A stretch of DNA of 64,000 nucleotides from Nitrospirota bacterium (GCA_963698885.1 CAVOSJ010000006.1:325186-389185), one strand, 5' to 3'; counted from the stretch's first letter, positions 38,872-49,096 are shown. Notes: generated from the sequence alone by a model not told the origin. Made by a program: numbers and translations.

Positions 38872-39486
38872 TTACGCCGCCCTTCCCAGGGCCTCATCCA
38901 GTTTCAGGGATGTCTGAAGGCGCTTCTCCACCACGTTCCAGTCTATGTTCTGGAAGAACGCGTCAAGGTATGCCGCGCGCTTTACGCCGTAGTCTATCAT
39001 GTAGGCGTGCTCATAGACGTCCAGTATCAGAAGCGGGATCTCATTCCAGATAGCGCCGATATCGTGCATATCCATCATGTAGTTGTGCAAAGTGTTGTCG
39101 TTCATGCTCCAGGAGAGCACGGCCCAGCCGCGTCCGGACATTCCGACCGCCTTGAACTGTGCCATCCAGTTATCGAACGAACCCCAGCGCTCTTTTATCA
39201 TCTCCGCTATCCTGCCGCCTGGCGCGCCTCCCTTGCCGCCGAGGTTCTCGAAATACCACTCGTGCAGAAAAACGGCGTTTGTCGTAAAGGACTTCTCCTT
39301 GAACATCTCCCGGATAACGGCGTAAGTGGCGTTTGCGCCTTCGGTCGGCGCTTTTTTTATCTCTTCCTCAAACATGTTCAATTTATCCACGTATCCCTTA
39401 TAGAGCACGTCCCTGTGCTCCTGGATCTGCCTGTCGGAAATGCCCTTGAGTTTACCTTCCAGCTTGAATTCCTTTACTTTGTGCAT
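38872..39486 (-). CDS. Fe/Mn-family superoxide dismutase-like protein
   Basis: about 204 aa; SOD-like blocks incl. DVYEHAYMIDYG (variant of the DxWEHAYY signature); AGGA RBS before internal ATG 39486. Confidence 0.65.
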   Translation of the reverse strand: MHKVKEFKLEGKLKGISDRQIQEHRDVLYKGYVDKLNMFEEEIKKAPTEGANATYAVIREMFKEKSFTTNAVFLHEWYFENLGGKGGAPGGRIAEMIKERWGSFDNWMAQFKAVGMSGRGWAVLSWSMNDNTLHNYMMDMHDIGAIWNEIPLLILDVYEHAYMIDYGVKRAAYLDAFFQNIDWNVVEKRLQTSLKLDEALGRAA

Positions 39487-39728
39487 GATTGTACCGTCCT
39501 TTCTAATACGCGAGGCTAAGACAAAAAAGAAATGCGGCAAGGATTCTGCCGCAGGCGGCCGACTTCAAAAAGTATAACAAAGATTTAAGCAGTGTCAATT
39601 TTATAGAACAATTTTAAGTATTTTGATTAATAGGCGCGACTTGCGGACGGTAAAAATCCGTGGTATAAATTTATACAAAGGAATTTATTTTTATTGACGG
39701 TGCAATTCCGTTGCCTGAAGGAGACCTT

Positions 39729-41262
39729 ATGGAGCATAACCCCTCAACCCGGAACCAGGAAGTAAATGACCGTAGACTGCTTGAGGCGAGCCTCGACCCG
39801 ATCGTGGCGATAAACCTGGAAGGCAAGTTCGCCTACGTCAATGAGGCTATGGTAAGGGTCACGGGCATCCAGAGGGACGCCCTCATCGGGTCGGACCATT
39901 ACGGCTATCTTAACCGAGCCCGAAAAGGGGAAGGAGGGCCTTCTGCAGGCTATAACGAAAGGGTCCATCACCGACTATCCCCTGACCTTCAAGCACACGG
40001 ACGGGCACCTGACGGACGTACTTTGCAACGCCTCCGTTTACCGCGATGAAGAGGGCAAAGTCGCCGGCATCTTCGCGGAGGTAAGAGATATTACCGAGAG
40101 AAAAAGGGCCGAAGAGGCCCTCCGAGAGGCCGAAGCATATAACAGGAGCCTGCTGGAGGCGAGCCTCGACCCGCTCGTGGCAATAAATCTGGAGGGCAAG
40201 TACGTGTACGTCAACGAGGCTACGGAGAAGGTCACGGGCCTTTCGAGGGACGCTCTGATAGGGTCGGACTTCACAGGCTACTTCACCGAGCCCGAAGAGG
40301 CGAGAAAGGGTTACTTGCTGGTTTTTGCGACAGGGTCCGTCACCGACTATCCCCTCACCATCCGGCACAAGGACGGGCATCTGACGGACCTGCTTTGCAA
40401 CGCCTCCGTTTACCGCGATGAATGGGGCAAAGACGCCGGCATCTTCGCGGTGTCGAGAGATATTACCGAGAGAAAACGGGCCGCCGAGGCTCTTCGAGAG
40501 GCCGCAGCGTATAACAGAAGCCTGCTGGAGGAGGTAAGAAAATTAAACCTGGAGCTGGAGCAGAGGGTACGCGACCGGACTGCCCAGTTAGAGTCCGCCA
40601 ACTGCGAACTGGAATCCTTCAGCTACTCGGTCTCCCACGACCTGCGCGCGCCCCTTCGGAGCCTGGACGGCTTTTCCCAGGCCATCCTGGAGGAATATTC
40701 GGACAGGTTAGATGAAAAAGGGAAAGACTACCTGGGAAGGATCCGGCTTGCCAGCCAGAGGATGGGCCATCTTATAGACGACATGCTGAAGCTATCCCGG
40801 GTGACAAGGAGCGAGATGCGCTTTGAAAACGTGGACCTGACGGGGATTGCGAGAGAAATAGGAGATGAACTGAGTAGGGCGGAGCCGGGGCGCAAGGTCG
40901 AATTCATTATAGAAGAAGGCGTCACGGCATGGGGCGACTTGCCGCTGCATGCGGATGGTTATGCAGAACCTGCTGTCGAATTCCTGGAAATTCACATCCA
41001 GGCACGAGAAGGGGGTAATACAGTTCGGCGTCTCGGAGATGGGGGGGAAGAAAATTTATTTCGTGAAGGACGACGGCGCCGGTTTTGACATGGACTATCC
41101 GACAAACTCTTTACCCCATTCCAGCGTCTGCATTCCACGGCGGAGTTTCCGGGGACGGGCATTGGCCTCGTAATCGCAAAAAGGATTCTAAAGCGGCACG
41201 GGGGCGAAATCTGGGCTACGGCGAAACCGGAAAAAGGGGCGACCTTTTATTTCTCATTTTGA
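39729..41262 (+). CDS. tandem-PAS sensor histidine kinase (PAS-PAS-HisKA-HATPase_c); at least three apparent indels (near 39912, 40940, 41108)
   Basis: ORFs 39711..40049, 40177..41088, 40949..41173 and the frame ending at 41262 piece together into one kinase (H-box [13 protein letters not shown]; G-box GTGIGL). Confidence 0.8.
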
Positions 41263-41274
41263 AAGGGGGCAGGT

Positions 41275-41736
41275 ATGGCGGACAGGGAAATATTGCTGGT
41301 GGAGGATAACCCGGACGACGTCGAGCTTACGCTTCGCTCGTTCAAGGCAAACAACATTTGCAATAAAGTCGTTATCGCCCAGGACGGCGCGCAAGCGCTT
41401 GATTTTCTTTTCAGCACGGGCGCATATTCCGGGAGCAGCAGCAGACTGCCCCAGCTCGTGCTGCTTGACCTTAACCTGCCGAAGATATCGGGCCTGGACG
41501 TGCTGAAGCGCATCAGAAGCGACGAAAGGACAAAATGTCTGCCGGTAGTGATACTTACCTCCTCCAACGAGGAGAAAGACCTTATAACCGGCTACGCGCT
41601 GGGCGCAAACAGCTACGTGCGAAAGCCGGTGGATTTTGTCCAGTTCAACGAAGCCATAAAACAGCTCGGCCTCTACTGGCTTATCTTAAACGAATCGCTG
41701 CCGCAGACAAGGGAACCGAATGAAAAAGCCGCTTAG
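41275..41736 (+). CDS. single-domain response regulator (CheY-like receiver)
   Basis: 153 aa; LLVEDNPDD...LVLLDLNLP...receiver fold. Confidence 0.85.
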   Translation: MADREILLVEDNPDDVELTLRSFKANNICNKVVIAQDGAQALDFLFSTGAYSGSSSRLPQLVLLDLNLPKISGLDVLKRIRSDERTKCLPVVILTSSNEEKDLITGYALGANSYVRKPVDFVQFNEAIKQLGLYWLILNESLPQTREPNEKAA

Positions 41737-43723
41737 GGCATTGATTGTGGAAGACTCGGAAGACGACGCTATCTTAATGGCGGAGGAACTCCGGCGCGCG
41801 GGGTATGAGGTCTATTTCGAGAGGGTCGAGACGCCGGAAGAAATGTCCGAGGCCGCCCTGAGAGGGGGCTGGGACGTCATACTCTCGGATTACGTTATGC
41901 CCCGGTTCGACGGCCTGACGGCGCTTAAGCTCCTGAAGGAAAAGGGCCTCGATATCCCCTTCATCCTGGTTTCCGGAAAGATCGGCGAAGACACGGCTGT
42001 AGAGGCCATAAAGGCCGGGGCCTGCGATTATGTCATGAAGGACAGGATGGTAAAGCTCGCGCCCTCGGTGAAAAAGGCCCTCTCCGAGCACGAGTTGATG
42101 ATGGAAAGGGACCGGGCGCAGGAGGCGTTGAAGACCGAGCTGGAGGTATCCAACGCCCTGCTCAAGATGGCCGAGATAACGAGCGCGTCCCTTGACTGGG
42201 ACGAGACTGCGGATAAGGTGCTTCACGTCCTGAAGGGGATTATACATTTTGAGGGCGCGGCCGTGATGCTGGCGGAGGCGGACGGCACGCTGACCCCCAG
42301 GAAAGCGGTAGGTTGCGACGGCGGCATGCATTCCATGTTGATGGAGATGCGGCCAAGGCTGGCGGACGTCCCGGCGCTCGAGAAGGTGATGCTGACCAGG
42401 AAGCTTTTAAAAATAGGGGAAGAGGAGCTGCCCGGCCTCATCCCGGATTATATCGCGGCAAACCTGAAACTCAAGGAAGTGATTATTGCACCCGTTATGG
42501 CGAGGGAGCGAGTAGCCGGGTTCCTGGGGGTGAACTTTAAGAAAATCGGCGGCGATTCACGCGTCCCGGCCTTGATAAAGGGCATCGCGGACCAGCTTGG
42601 CGCGGCCTTTGAAAACGCCAGCCTTTACGAGGAGACCCAGAAGAAAAGGCTGGAGCTGGCAAAGGGTATGGAGGCGCTCAGGGTGCTGCATGAGATAGAC
42701 AGGATGATACTGTCCACTCTCGACAGGGACGAGATGCTGTCAAGGGTCTCGCTGCAGATAAAAAGGCTTATCCCGGCGGACGCGGGGTGCCTTTTACTGC
42801 TGGACGGGGAGGAGAAGACGCTTAGGGTAAACTGCGGCTGGGGTGCGGACTTTAAAAAAGACGAGCGGTTCATGCTGGACGGTTTCCCCGGCGCCGATAC
42901 GTTCCTTTCAGGCAGGCCGGTGATGAGGGCCGACGTCCTGAACGAGGCGAGGGAAAGCGGGGAGGATACCGTATTTCGTGACGCGGTAATCCGTTCCGAG
43001 ATAATCGTCCCGATAATGAGCAAGGGGACCGGACGGGGGCTGATCAGGCTCGGGAGCCAGAGGGTGGCGGGTTTCACTTTCGAGGATACGGCGACGGCTG
43101 AAAAACTGGCGTACCAGATAGGGATAGCGCTCGAGAATACGCGCCTGATAGCAGACCTGGAGGAGGTGTTGATAAACACAGTCCAGGCGCTTTCCTCCGC
43201 GATAGACGCAAAAAGCCACTGGACGCGCGGACATTCCACCCGCGTCACGGGCTATGCTGTGCGGGCTGGAAAAGAGCTGGGCCTTACAGACGAGCAGATG
43301 GAGAGGCTTAAGTTAGCTGGCCTTCTGCACGATATCGGGAAAATCGGGATACTGGATGCATTGCTGGACAAGCCGGGCGCGCTGACGATTGATGAGTACG
43401 AAGCGATTAAAAAACACTCCGACAGGGGGGCGGAGATACTCGCGCCCATAAGGCAGTTCAGGGATATCGTACCGTGCATACGCCACCACCACGAACGTTG
43501 GGACGGCAAAGGCTATCCCCTCCATCTGCAGGGAGAACAGATACCTTTCATGGCACGGATATTATCGGTCGCGGACTCTTTCGACTCCATCACCGCCGAC
43601 AGGCCTTACAGGAAGGCCAATGACAGGAACTTCGCTTTCGAGGAGCTTATGAAATGCTCGGGGACGCAGTTTGAGCCGAAGGTCGTGGACGCTTTCATCA
43701 GTATGCTGAAGGAGCCCGATTAG
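41720..43723 (+). CDS. response-regulator receiver + GAF + HD-GYP phosphodiesterase
   Basis: 667 aa; receiver (ALIVEDSEDD, ILSDYVMP), GAF region, HD-GYP core (LAGLLHDIGKIG, HHERWDGKGYP); paralogous to 13589..15487. Confidence 0.85.
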   Translation: MKKPLRALIVEDSEDDAILMAEELRRAGYEVYFERVETPEEMSEAALRGGWDVILSDYVMPRFDGLTALKLLKEKGLDIPFILVSGKIGEDTAVEAIKAGACDYVMKDRMVKLAPSVKKALSEHELMMERDRAQEALKTELEVSNALLKMAEITSASLDWDETADKVLHVLKGIIHFEGAAVMLAEADGTLTPRKAVGCDGGMHSMLMEMRPRLADVPALEKVMLTRKLLKIGEEELPGLIPDYIAANLKLKEVIIAPVMARERVAGFLGVNFKKIGGDSRVPALIKGIADQLGAAFENASLYEETQKKRLELAKGMEALRVLHEIDRMILSTLDRDEMLSRVSLQIKRLIPADAGCLLLLDGEEKTLRVNCGWGADFKKDERFMLDGFPGADTFLSGRPVMRADVLNEARESGEDTVFRDAVIRSEIIVPIMSKGTGRGLIRLGSQRVAGFTFEDTATAEKLAYQIGIALENTRLIADLEEVLINTVQALSSAIDAKSHWTRGHSTRVTGYAVRAGKELGLTDEQMERLKLAGLLHDIGKIGILDALLDKPGALTIDEYEAIKKHSDRGAEILAPIRQFRDIVPCIRHHHERWDGKGYPLHLQGEQIPFMARILSVADSFDSITADRPYRKANDRNFAFEELMKCSGTQFEPKVVDAFISMLKEPD

Positions 43724-44028
43724 CCGGCGTCTTTCTTTTCTTCTATCTCCGTTATTTTAATCCCGTCTTTAAAAAGAAAAGACTTCATTTCCTTCGCGAA
43801 AACGGGGTCGTTTCGCCGCACCCACTCAAGGAGCATCGCCGCGTGTTCCTTCTCCTCGTCCCGGTTGTGGGCGAGGATGCTCTTAAGCTCCTCGTCCTCC
43901 GTCGCGTCCACCCGCTGCTGGTACCAGTCTATCGCTTCCAGTTCCTCCACTATCGACCGAAGCGCCCTGTGTAGCTCTTTTGTCTTTCCGGTCAGCTTAT
44001 CTTCGCTTTCATGCAACAGGTATGGCAT
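43720..44028 (-). CDS. ferritin-like protein of the encapsulated-ferritin (EncFtn) type, without an adjacent encapsulin gene
   Basis: EELEAIDWYQQRVDATEDEELKSILAHNRDEEKEHAAMLLEWVRRND closely matches the EncFtn core as I recall it; AAGGAGG RBS 9 nt before ATG 44028. Confidence 0.6.
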   Translation of the reverse strand: MPYLLHESEDKLTGKTKELHRALRSIVEELEAIDWYQQRVDATEDEELKSILAHNRDEEKEHAAMLLEWVRRNDPVFAKEMKSFLFKDGIKITEIEEKKDAG

Positions 44029-44117
44029 GTGAGGGGGCCTCCTTTTCTTTTCAATTATAGCAGACGCCATGCCGGATTATTGTTTTTATTGAGGTAAGGT
44101 GTTATTATCCGGCTTAT

Positions 44118-45335
44118 ATGGAACAGCTTCTGGAAATAATAAAAGAAGAAATCCGGACGGCGGGAAGGATTACCTTCGAGCGCTACGTGGAACTTGCGCT
44201 CTACCATCCCCGGTACGGCTACTACTCGTCCGGGGCGGCATCCATTGGCAAGGCGGGGGATTTCTATACCTCGTCGCAGGCCACCCGCATGTACGGGACG
44301 CTGATGGCCGAAGTCTATGTAAAGCTCGCGGAGAAGTCAGGTCCGGATTTTGTTGAGATGGGTGCGGGAGAGGGGCTGTTCGCGGCCGACTTCCTGCGCG
44401 CGCTTTCTAAGTCCCATCCGCTCGAATATGGGAAATGCCGGTATTTTATAGTGGAGAGCGCGGGAGGGATGGCGGCAAAACAGAAGGATGCGCTTTTAGA
44501 TTTTAGTGACAAAGTCACCTGGACTGAGGACTTAGACGGCCTGCCCGATATAGAGGGAATATTTTTTTCAAACGAGCTGGTCGATGCGTTTCCTTTTCAC
44601 AGGGTCAAACAGGGCCCGGACGGGCTGTCCGAAATTTACGTGTGCCTGCAAGGGGGGTCAAGTAGACAAGCGGGGCAAGCTGGGCAGGAGACGCAATGGG
44701 GGCAGGATGGGCCGGATGAGAAACTGGCCTTTGTGGCCGGGCCGCTCTCCACGCAGGAACTGGAGAAGCATTTCAAACGGCTGACGCCGAGACTGCCGGC
44801 GGGTATGATAACCGAGGCGAACCTCAGGGTTTCCGGGTGGATGGACAAGGTCGGCGGGAAGCTGAAGAAAGGTTTTGTTATCACGGTGGATTACGGGTAT
44901 ACCGCGGAGCAATATTACTCCCCCTCAAAGATGAACGGCACCGCGCTCTGCCATTACAGGCATTCAACCAACGAAGACTTTTTCGAGCGGGTCGGGGAGC
45001 AGGATATTACCGCGCACGTTGACTTTACCGCCATCGGCCTCGAAGGGAAAAACAGCGGCCTCGCCTCGGAGCTTTTCTGTGATCAGGGACAGTTCCTTAT
45101 GGAAACGCTGCCGTGGTTCGAGGACTCCGCCAGGCGTACAAATGCGTCTTTGGATGAGCTTATAGAGGCGGGGCAGGGAATAAAAACATTGCTCCATCCG
45201 GAATGGCTGGGAGGTGCGTTCAAGGTCCTGGTCCAGTCGAAAGAGTGTTCCCTGGACGGATTATTCGGCAGGATACGGAACAGGGTGGAAAGCTGCTCGA
45301 TAACTCCGGGCGTACGTATTGAAAGTAACGGATGA
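44118..45335 (+). CDS. MidA/NDUFAF7-family SAM-dependent methyltransferase (DUF185)
   Basis: 405 aa; ITFERYVELALYHPRYGYYSSG...GDFYTSSQ...typical of the family. Confidence 0.75.
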   Translation: MEQLLEIIKEEIRTAGRITFERYVELALYHPRYGYYSSGAASIGKAGDFYTSSQATRMYGTLMAEVYVKLAEKSGPDFVEMGAGEGLFAADFLRALSKSHPLEYGKCRYFIVESAGGMAAKQKDALLDFSDKVTWTEDLDGLPDIEGIFFSNELVDAFPFHRVKQGPDGLSEIYVCLQGGSSRQAGQAGQETQWGQDGPDEKLAFVAGPLSTQELEKHFKRLTPRLPAGMITEANLRVSGWMDKVGGKLKKGFVITVDYGYTAEQYYSPSKMNGTALCHYRHSTNEDFFERVGEQDITAHVDFTAIGLEGKNSGLASELFCDQGQFLMETLPWFEDSARRTNASLDELIEAGQGIKTLLHPEWLGGAFKVLVQSKECSLDGLFGRIRNRVESCSITPGVRIESNG

Positions 45336-46109
45336 AACTAGCCGCCTGAGTATAATTATCTGCTGGCCCGGTAATATATGGATGCCGCGCCGGCGAGGGA
45401 TTTTCCTTTGAAATCCAGGCGGTGCGACCACTTGACCTGCCTTGAGCCCGGCCATCTCCAGAAGGTTCAGCATCTCCGGTATCTTAAAGCAGTTGACCTC
45501 GAAAGCCTGGTCGTAGTTCTCCTTTACGAAATGTCCCTTCATCAGGACGGTCCCGTTATCTTCCTGAAGCTCCCGCTCCCAGATGACCGATATCTCGCCG
45601 GAGGCGTCCCGCACTATGATATTTTTGAAGAAGGGCTGAGACCAGTAGACCGCGTTGAAGACGAATGCGCCTCGCGGGGCAAGGAGCCTGCGGACCCTGT
45701 CGAAGACCACCACCAGCTGGCTTCTTTTGAGCTGGGATACCGTATTTCCGAGACTTATGACCAGGTTCTGGATCCCATAAGGCACCAGGCTATCGCTCTC
45801 TAAGTCGGAGAGGTGGAACTGCACGTTCGGAATGTCCACCGCCCGTTCCTTCGCGGCAATTAAGGCGGCTTCCGTGCGGGCCAGGCCGGTCACGGTAAAG
45901 CCGTTCCGGGCAAGGGCAATGGAATGAAGGCCCGGCCCGCATCCCAGTTCCAGAACGCGGCCCCCCCCGGGCGGCCGGCCGGCCGCTTCCCAGGTTTTTT
46001 TATACCAGAAAAGGATTTGCTCTACTTCGGCCTTTTCTTCTCCGTTGGAGTGATGGGCCTGCTCGAAAAGGTCCACCCGTTCCCTGTTTATTTTCAAAGA
46101 CTCAGCCAT
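45261..46109 (-). CDS. class I SAM-dependent methyltransferase
   Basis: VLELGCGPGLHSIALARNG SAM-binding motif; start set at ATG 46109. Confidence 0.75.
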   Translation of the reverse strand: MAESLKINRERVDLFEQAHHSNGEEKAEVEQILFWYKKTWEAAGRPPGGGRVLELGCGPGLHSIALARNGFTVTGLARTEAALIAAKERAVDIPNVQFHLSDLESDSLVPYGIQNLVISLGNTVSQLKRSQLVVVFDRVRRLLAPRGAFVFNAVYWSQPFFKNIIVRDASGEISVIWERELQEDNGTVLMKGHFVKENYDQAFEVNCFKIPEMLNLLEMAGLKAGQVVAPPGFQRKIPRRRGIHILPGQQIIILRRLVSSVTFNTYARSYRAAFHPVPYPAE

Positions 46110-46125
46110 ACACCCTCTCAAGGTC

Positions 46126-46218
46126 GTTACCTTTTTGGGAAAAAGGTAACACCAAAAACTTTTAAACTAAAAACAGTCCGGCTTTCTTTTGGTACTTTTC
46201 TTTCATCCAGAAAGTAAC
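46126..46218. repeat. mosaic palindromic intergenic repeat, copy 10
   Basis: GTTACCTTTTTGGGAAAAAGGTAAC ACCAAAAACTTTT ... GGTACTTTTCTTTCATCCAGAAAGTAAC. Confidence 0.9.
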
Positions 46219-46233
46219 AGTTACCGGCCTATC

Positions 46234-47016
46234 TTAAGCTGCGGCCCGGTAGCCCCATTTCATGAAATGGTCTTCCGTCCCTATCTCTCCCGACAACTCG
46301 TCCGACTGTTCCGACGCCAGAAAAACCGCCAGCTTCGCTACCTCGGACGGCTGCTTTAACTGGCCGGATTTTTTAAGGCCCCAGAAGACCCGGTATGCGT
46401 CCGGCCCCAGCACGTTCATGTCCAGCTTACGGATGTCGTCATGCATCCTGGTGTCCACGGAGCCGGGGTCCATCCCGTAAACTTTAATATTATACGGTTC
46501 GAGCTCCCGCGCCAGCGCCTTCGTCAGCGCGTTCAGCCCCGATTTAGATATGCTGTAGGCGCCCAGGCGCGGAATAACGAAGTCAGCCAGGCCTGAAGTA
46601 ATGTTTATTATCTTGCCGTAGCGTTTTTTAATCATACCCGGGATGCACGCCTTCGACAGGAGCCATGCGCCGGTGAGGTTAATATCCATGCAGCGGTGGA
46701 ACTCGGGGTCGGGAATATCCTTCATGGGGGCGATAGGGCCGGTTACCCCCGCGTTATTCACCAGTATGGAAGGCGGGCCGAACTTCATCTCCACCGCGCG
46801 GTAGAGGTTCTTTACGTCCCCCGGGTCGGACACGTCCGCTTTTATCGCGATGGCCTGCCCGCCCTTGTCCGCAATAATGGAAACCGTATCTTCCAGTTCC
46901 TCCCTGGTCCTGGAAGCAACCGCCACTTTCGCGCCAGCCTCAGCCAAGGCTACGGCAATTGCGCGCCCAAGACCCCGCCCGCCGCCGGTTACGACAGCAA
47001 TCCGCCTTTTGAGCAC
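46234..47016 (-). CDS. SDR-family oxidoreductase (short-chain dehydrogenase/reductase)
   Basis: VVTGGGRGLGRAIA cofactor motif, catalytic YxxxK region; GTG start at 47016 preceded by GGAGG. Confidence 0.85.
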   Translation of the reverse strand: MLKRRIAVVTGGGRGLGRAIAVALAEAGAKVAVASRTREELEDTVSIIADKGGQAIAIKADVSDPGDVKNLYRAVEMKFGPPSILVNNAGVTGPIAPMKDIPDPEFHRCMDINLTGAWLLSKACIPGMIKKRYGKIINITSGLADFVIPRLGAYSISKSGLNALTKALARELEPYNIKVYGMDPGSVDTRMHDDIRKLDMNVLGPDAYRVFWGLKKSGQLKQPSEVAKLAVFLASEQSDELSGEIGTEDHFMKWGYRAAA

Positions 47017-47134
47017 GCTACCTCCTCTTCGGCTGATGGAAATGGGAAAAAAGGGAACAGCGGTAAAGTTCCCCCCATTCAAATAATAATCGAGCGGGGG
47101 CGACTTGTCAAAAAAGGGGGGAAAAGGGGGGAAT

Positions 47135-48229
47135 TTATTTAATCTCGATTTCGGCTTCGGAAACTTTTACCGGCTCCGCGCTCTTTGCCGGTATCCCTAA
47201 CTTCGCGGCCGCGGCGGGGGTAACCAGCCGGTAATAAAGGGCGGCCTTAGCCTTCGCCGCACCCTTCGGCAGGTCGTATGTCAGCGCCCGCTCCTCGTGG
47301 TCTTTTATCCTTGAATCAAGCGCCTCTTTCGCCTCCCAGGTCGGCACGCCGACCTTGCCGTCCGCGCTGAATACGCGCATGAACAGCTCTTTCTGGCCGG
47401 CCGCGGGGGCGGGGCTCTCGAAGAGGGGCTTCCCCTCTTTATCGAGGACTAAAACTTTCAGATATGCCGCACGCATCGGGTTCGTGGACGGGAAAAAGTG
47501 CGGGTTGTCGTTTTTGACGATTACTATCAGCTTACCCATCTCCGCACCCAGGGAAAGGGAGATACCTTTCTTCAGCATCTCTTTATCATGTCCGCCCGGG
47601 AAAAAGTGGGAGTAGTGCGAGCTTTTAGCCGAGCCTTCGGCGGGCGGGCCCGCTTTTTCTTCCATGTGGCACTTGACGCAGTTTGAGTATCCTTCCAGGT
47701 CCGCGCTGCATATTACCGTCCCTTTGCCGTTCACCATCTTGCCGTGGCAGCCAAGGCACATCATGAACGGCTGGGCGAACGACCACTGGCTTACCTTGTG
47801 CGGCGCCTGCTGCGCCGAAGGAGCGGTTATGGTGGTGGCGAGGTTGTAGGTGTTGAACATTTTCCCTTCCGAAACGCCCTCGGCGCCGTGGCAGAACGTG
47901 CAGGGTATGCCTGGCATTGACGAAGAGGTCTTTGCCATGGCTTCCGACGCGGGGTTATGACAGCTTGCGCAGAAATAGGGCGCTTTTTTGCCCGTTTTGG
48001 CCATAGCCTGGGAAAATGCGGAGAAGACGGCGTTGTGGGCGGGATCGGAGGCCCTGGACGACTGCGCGTGCATGGACGCGCCCCACTCGTCATAGATGGT
48101 CTTATGGCACGGGGCGCAAGAGGCCGAATCCGCAAAACCCTTGAACCCCGCCGGATACTGGTGCGCAAATGCCCCGGAAGGCAGGATTGCCAGAAAAATA
48201 AAAGCCAACAGGATTTTGCCCGCCCTCAT
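47135..48229 (-). CDS. multiheme c-type cytochrome (five CxxCH motifs), secreted
   Basis: signal peptide MRAGKILLAFIFLAILPSGAFA; CAPCH, CASCH, CTFCH, CLGCH, CVKCH. Confidence 0.85.
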   Translation of the reverse strand: MRAGKILLAFIFLAILPSGAFAHQYPAGFKGFADSASCAPCHKTIYDEWGASMHAQSSRASDPAHNAVFSAFSQAMAKTGKKAPYFCASCHNPASEAMAKTSSSMPGIPCTFCHGAEGVSEGKMFNTYNLATTITAPSAQQAPHKVSQWSFAQPFMMCLGCHGKMVNGKGTVICSADLEGYSNCVKCHMEEKAGPPAEGSAKSSHYSHFFPGGHDKEMLKKGISLSLGAEMGKLIVIVKNDNPHFFPSTNPMRAAYLKVLVLDKEGKPLFESPAPAAGQKELFMRVFSADGKVGVPTWEAKEALDSRIKDHEERALTYDLPKGAAKAKAALYYRLVTPAAAAKLGIPAKSAEPVKVSEAEIEIK

Positions 48230-48522
48230 CCTTCGGTCTCCTCCTCAGCCTGTATCTTTACCTGGTCGCCGGGGTGGATCATCTCCTTGAACTCGGGCAT
48301 GACCTCCGCCGCGAGCGCGTAGTAGCTGCGCTGGTTCTTGATGAACCTGTCGGAGGTTTCGTCGTAGACCTTGTCGAAGAGGGTCGAGCCGCATGTCGGG
48401 CAGGTGATAACCGCATGGCCCCTCTCGTCAAAGCAGAGAAAAGACATCACGTGCGCCCCGCAGAGCCTGCACGGTGTTATAATGAGTTCCGGGCATGTAG
48501 TCATAACTATAAAGTCTATCAC
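48226..48522 (-). CDS. small Cys-rich (zinc-ribbon-like) protein, start overlapping the cytochrome gene (ATGA)
   Basis: CxxC...CxxC pairs (CRLCGAH...CPTCGSTL); 4-nt overlap with cytochrome start suggests translational coupling; start position uncertain. Confidence 0.4.
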   Translation of the reverse strand: MIDFIVMTTCPELIITPCRLCGAHVMSFLCFDERGHAVITCPTCGSTLFDKVYDETSDRFIKNQRSYYALAAEVMPEFKEMIHPGDQVKIQAEEETEG

Positions 48523-48680
48523 GAAAAAAAATCAGGTTCAACGTCAAATAAGCTTTATAGCCATATAAAAATGTGGTATTTGAAGGGGCCTGCATGGGCG
48601 GATCTACCGCAACGGGAAAATTGTCGTCACAGTGCATAAAATTTATTGACTGCGTATTTAGATTATGCGTAAATAATCAA

Positions 48681-48926
48681 ATGGCGCCAAAACAAAAAAA
48701 TCAGCGAAAATTGCCCCCGGGTTTGAGAGCGGCAGTTGAGACGAGTTTTATCGTTTTTCTCTTTTATTCCAACCTTCTGATGGGAGAATTTACTCATACC
48801 AACGGACAAGGAAAGAGTTTGTTTTTTGCTGTTCAGGATATTTTTACGGTTGCTAATTTTGTAATTGCCATCATCACCGCGCTGATCGGTTATATAGTTG
48901 TTGAATTTCTTAGAAAGAAATTATAA
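48681..48926 (+). CDS. small membrane protein, hypothetical (AT-rich)
   Basis: ORF from ATG 48681 (MAPKQKNQRK...), two hydrophobic segments; no family recognised. Confidence 0.3.
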   Translation: MAPKQKNQRKLPPGLRAAVETSFIVFLFYSNLLMGEFTHTNGQGKSLFFAVQDIFTVANFVIAIITALIGYIVVEFLRKKL

Positions 48927-49020
48927 TGACCCATAGTTTTGAAATGCGTTTCCAGCACGAAACATGGGATATGTACTAAGCACCCCCGCCACACCTAACT
49001 CGAATCTTTCACTTTAATAC

Positions 49021-49096
49021 CGCCGCTTAATCTGCTAAACTTTCCTCTATATGAAATCCGCAATCTTAATCAGCCCCGGCGTGATGTATAAACCGC
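49021..49096 (+). repeat. left direct repeat: duplicated 5' end (upstream region + first 12 codons) of the Zn-ADH gene
   Basis: shares an identical 37-nt core TATGAAATCCGCAATCTTAATCAGCCCCGGCGTGATG with 51292-51328 plus similar flanks; encodes MKSAILISPGVM then diverges to a stop. Confidence 0.85.

Noticed and set aside
43720-44028. Calling an encapsulin nanocompartment operon around the EncFtn-like gene
   Set aside because: No HK97-fold shell gene is adjacent or anywhere in the window; only the ferritin-like component is present.
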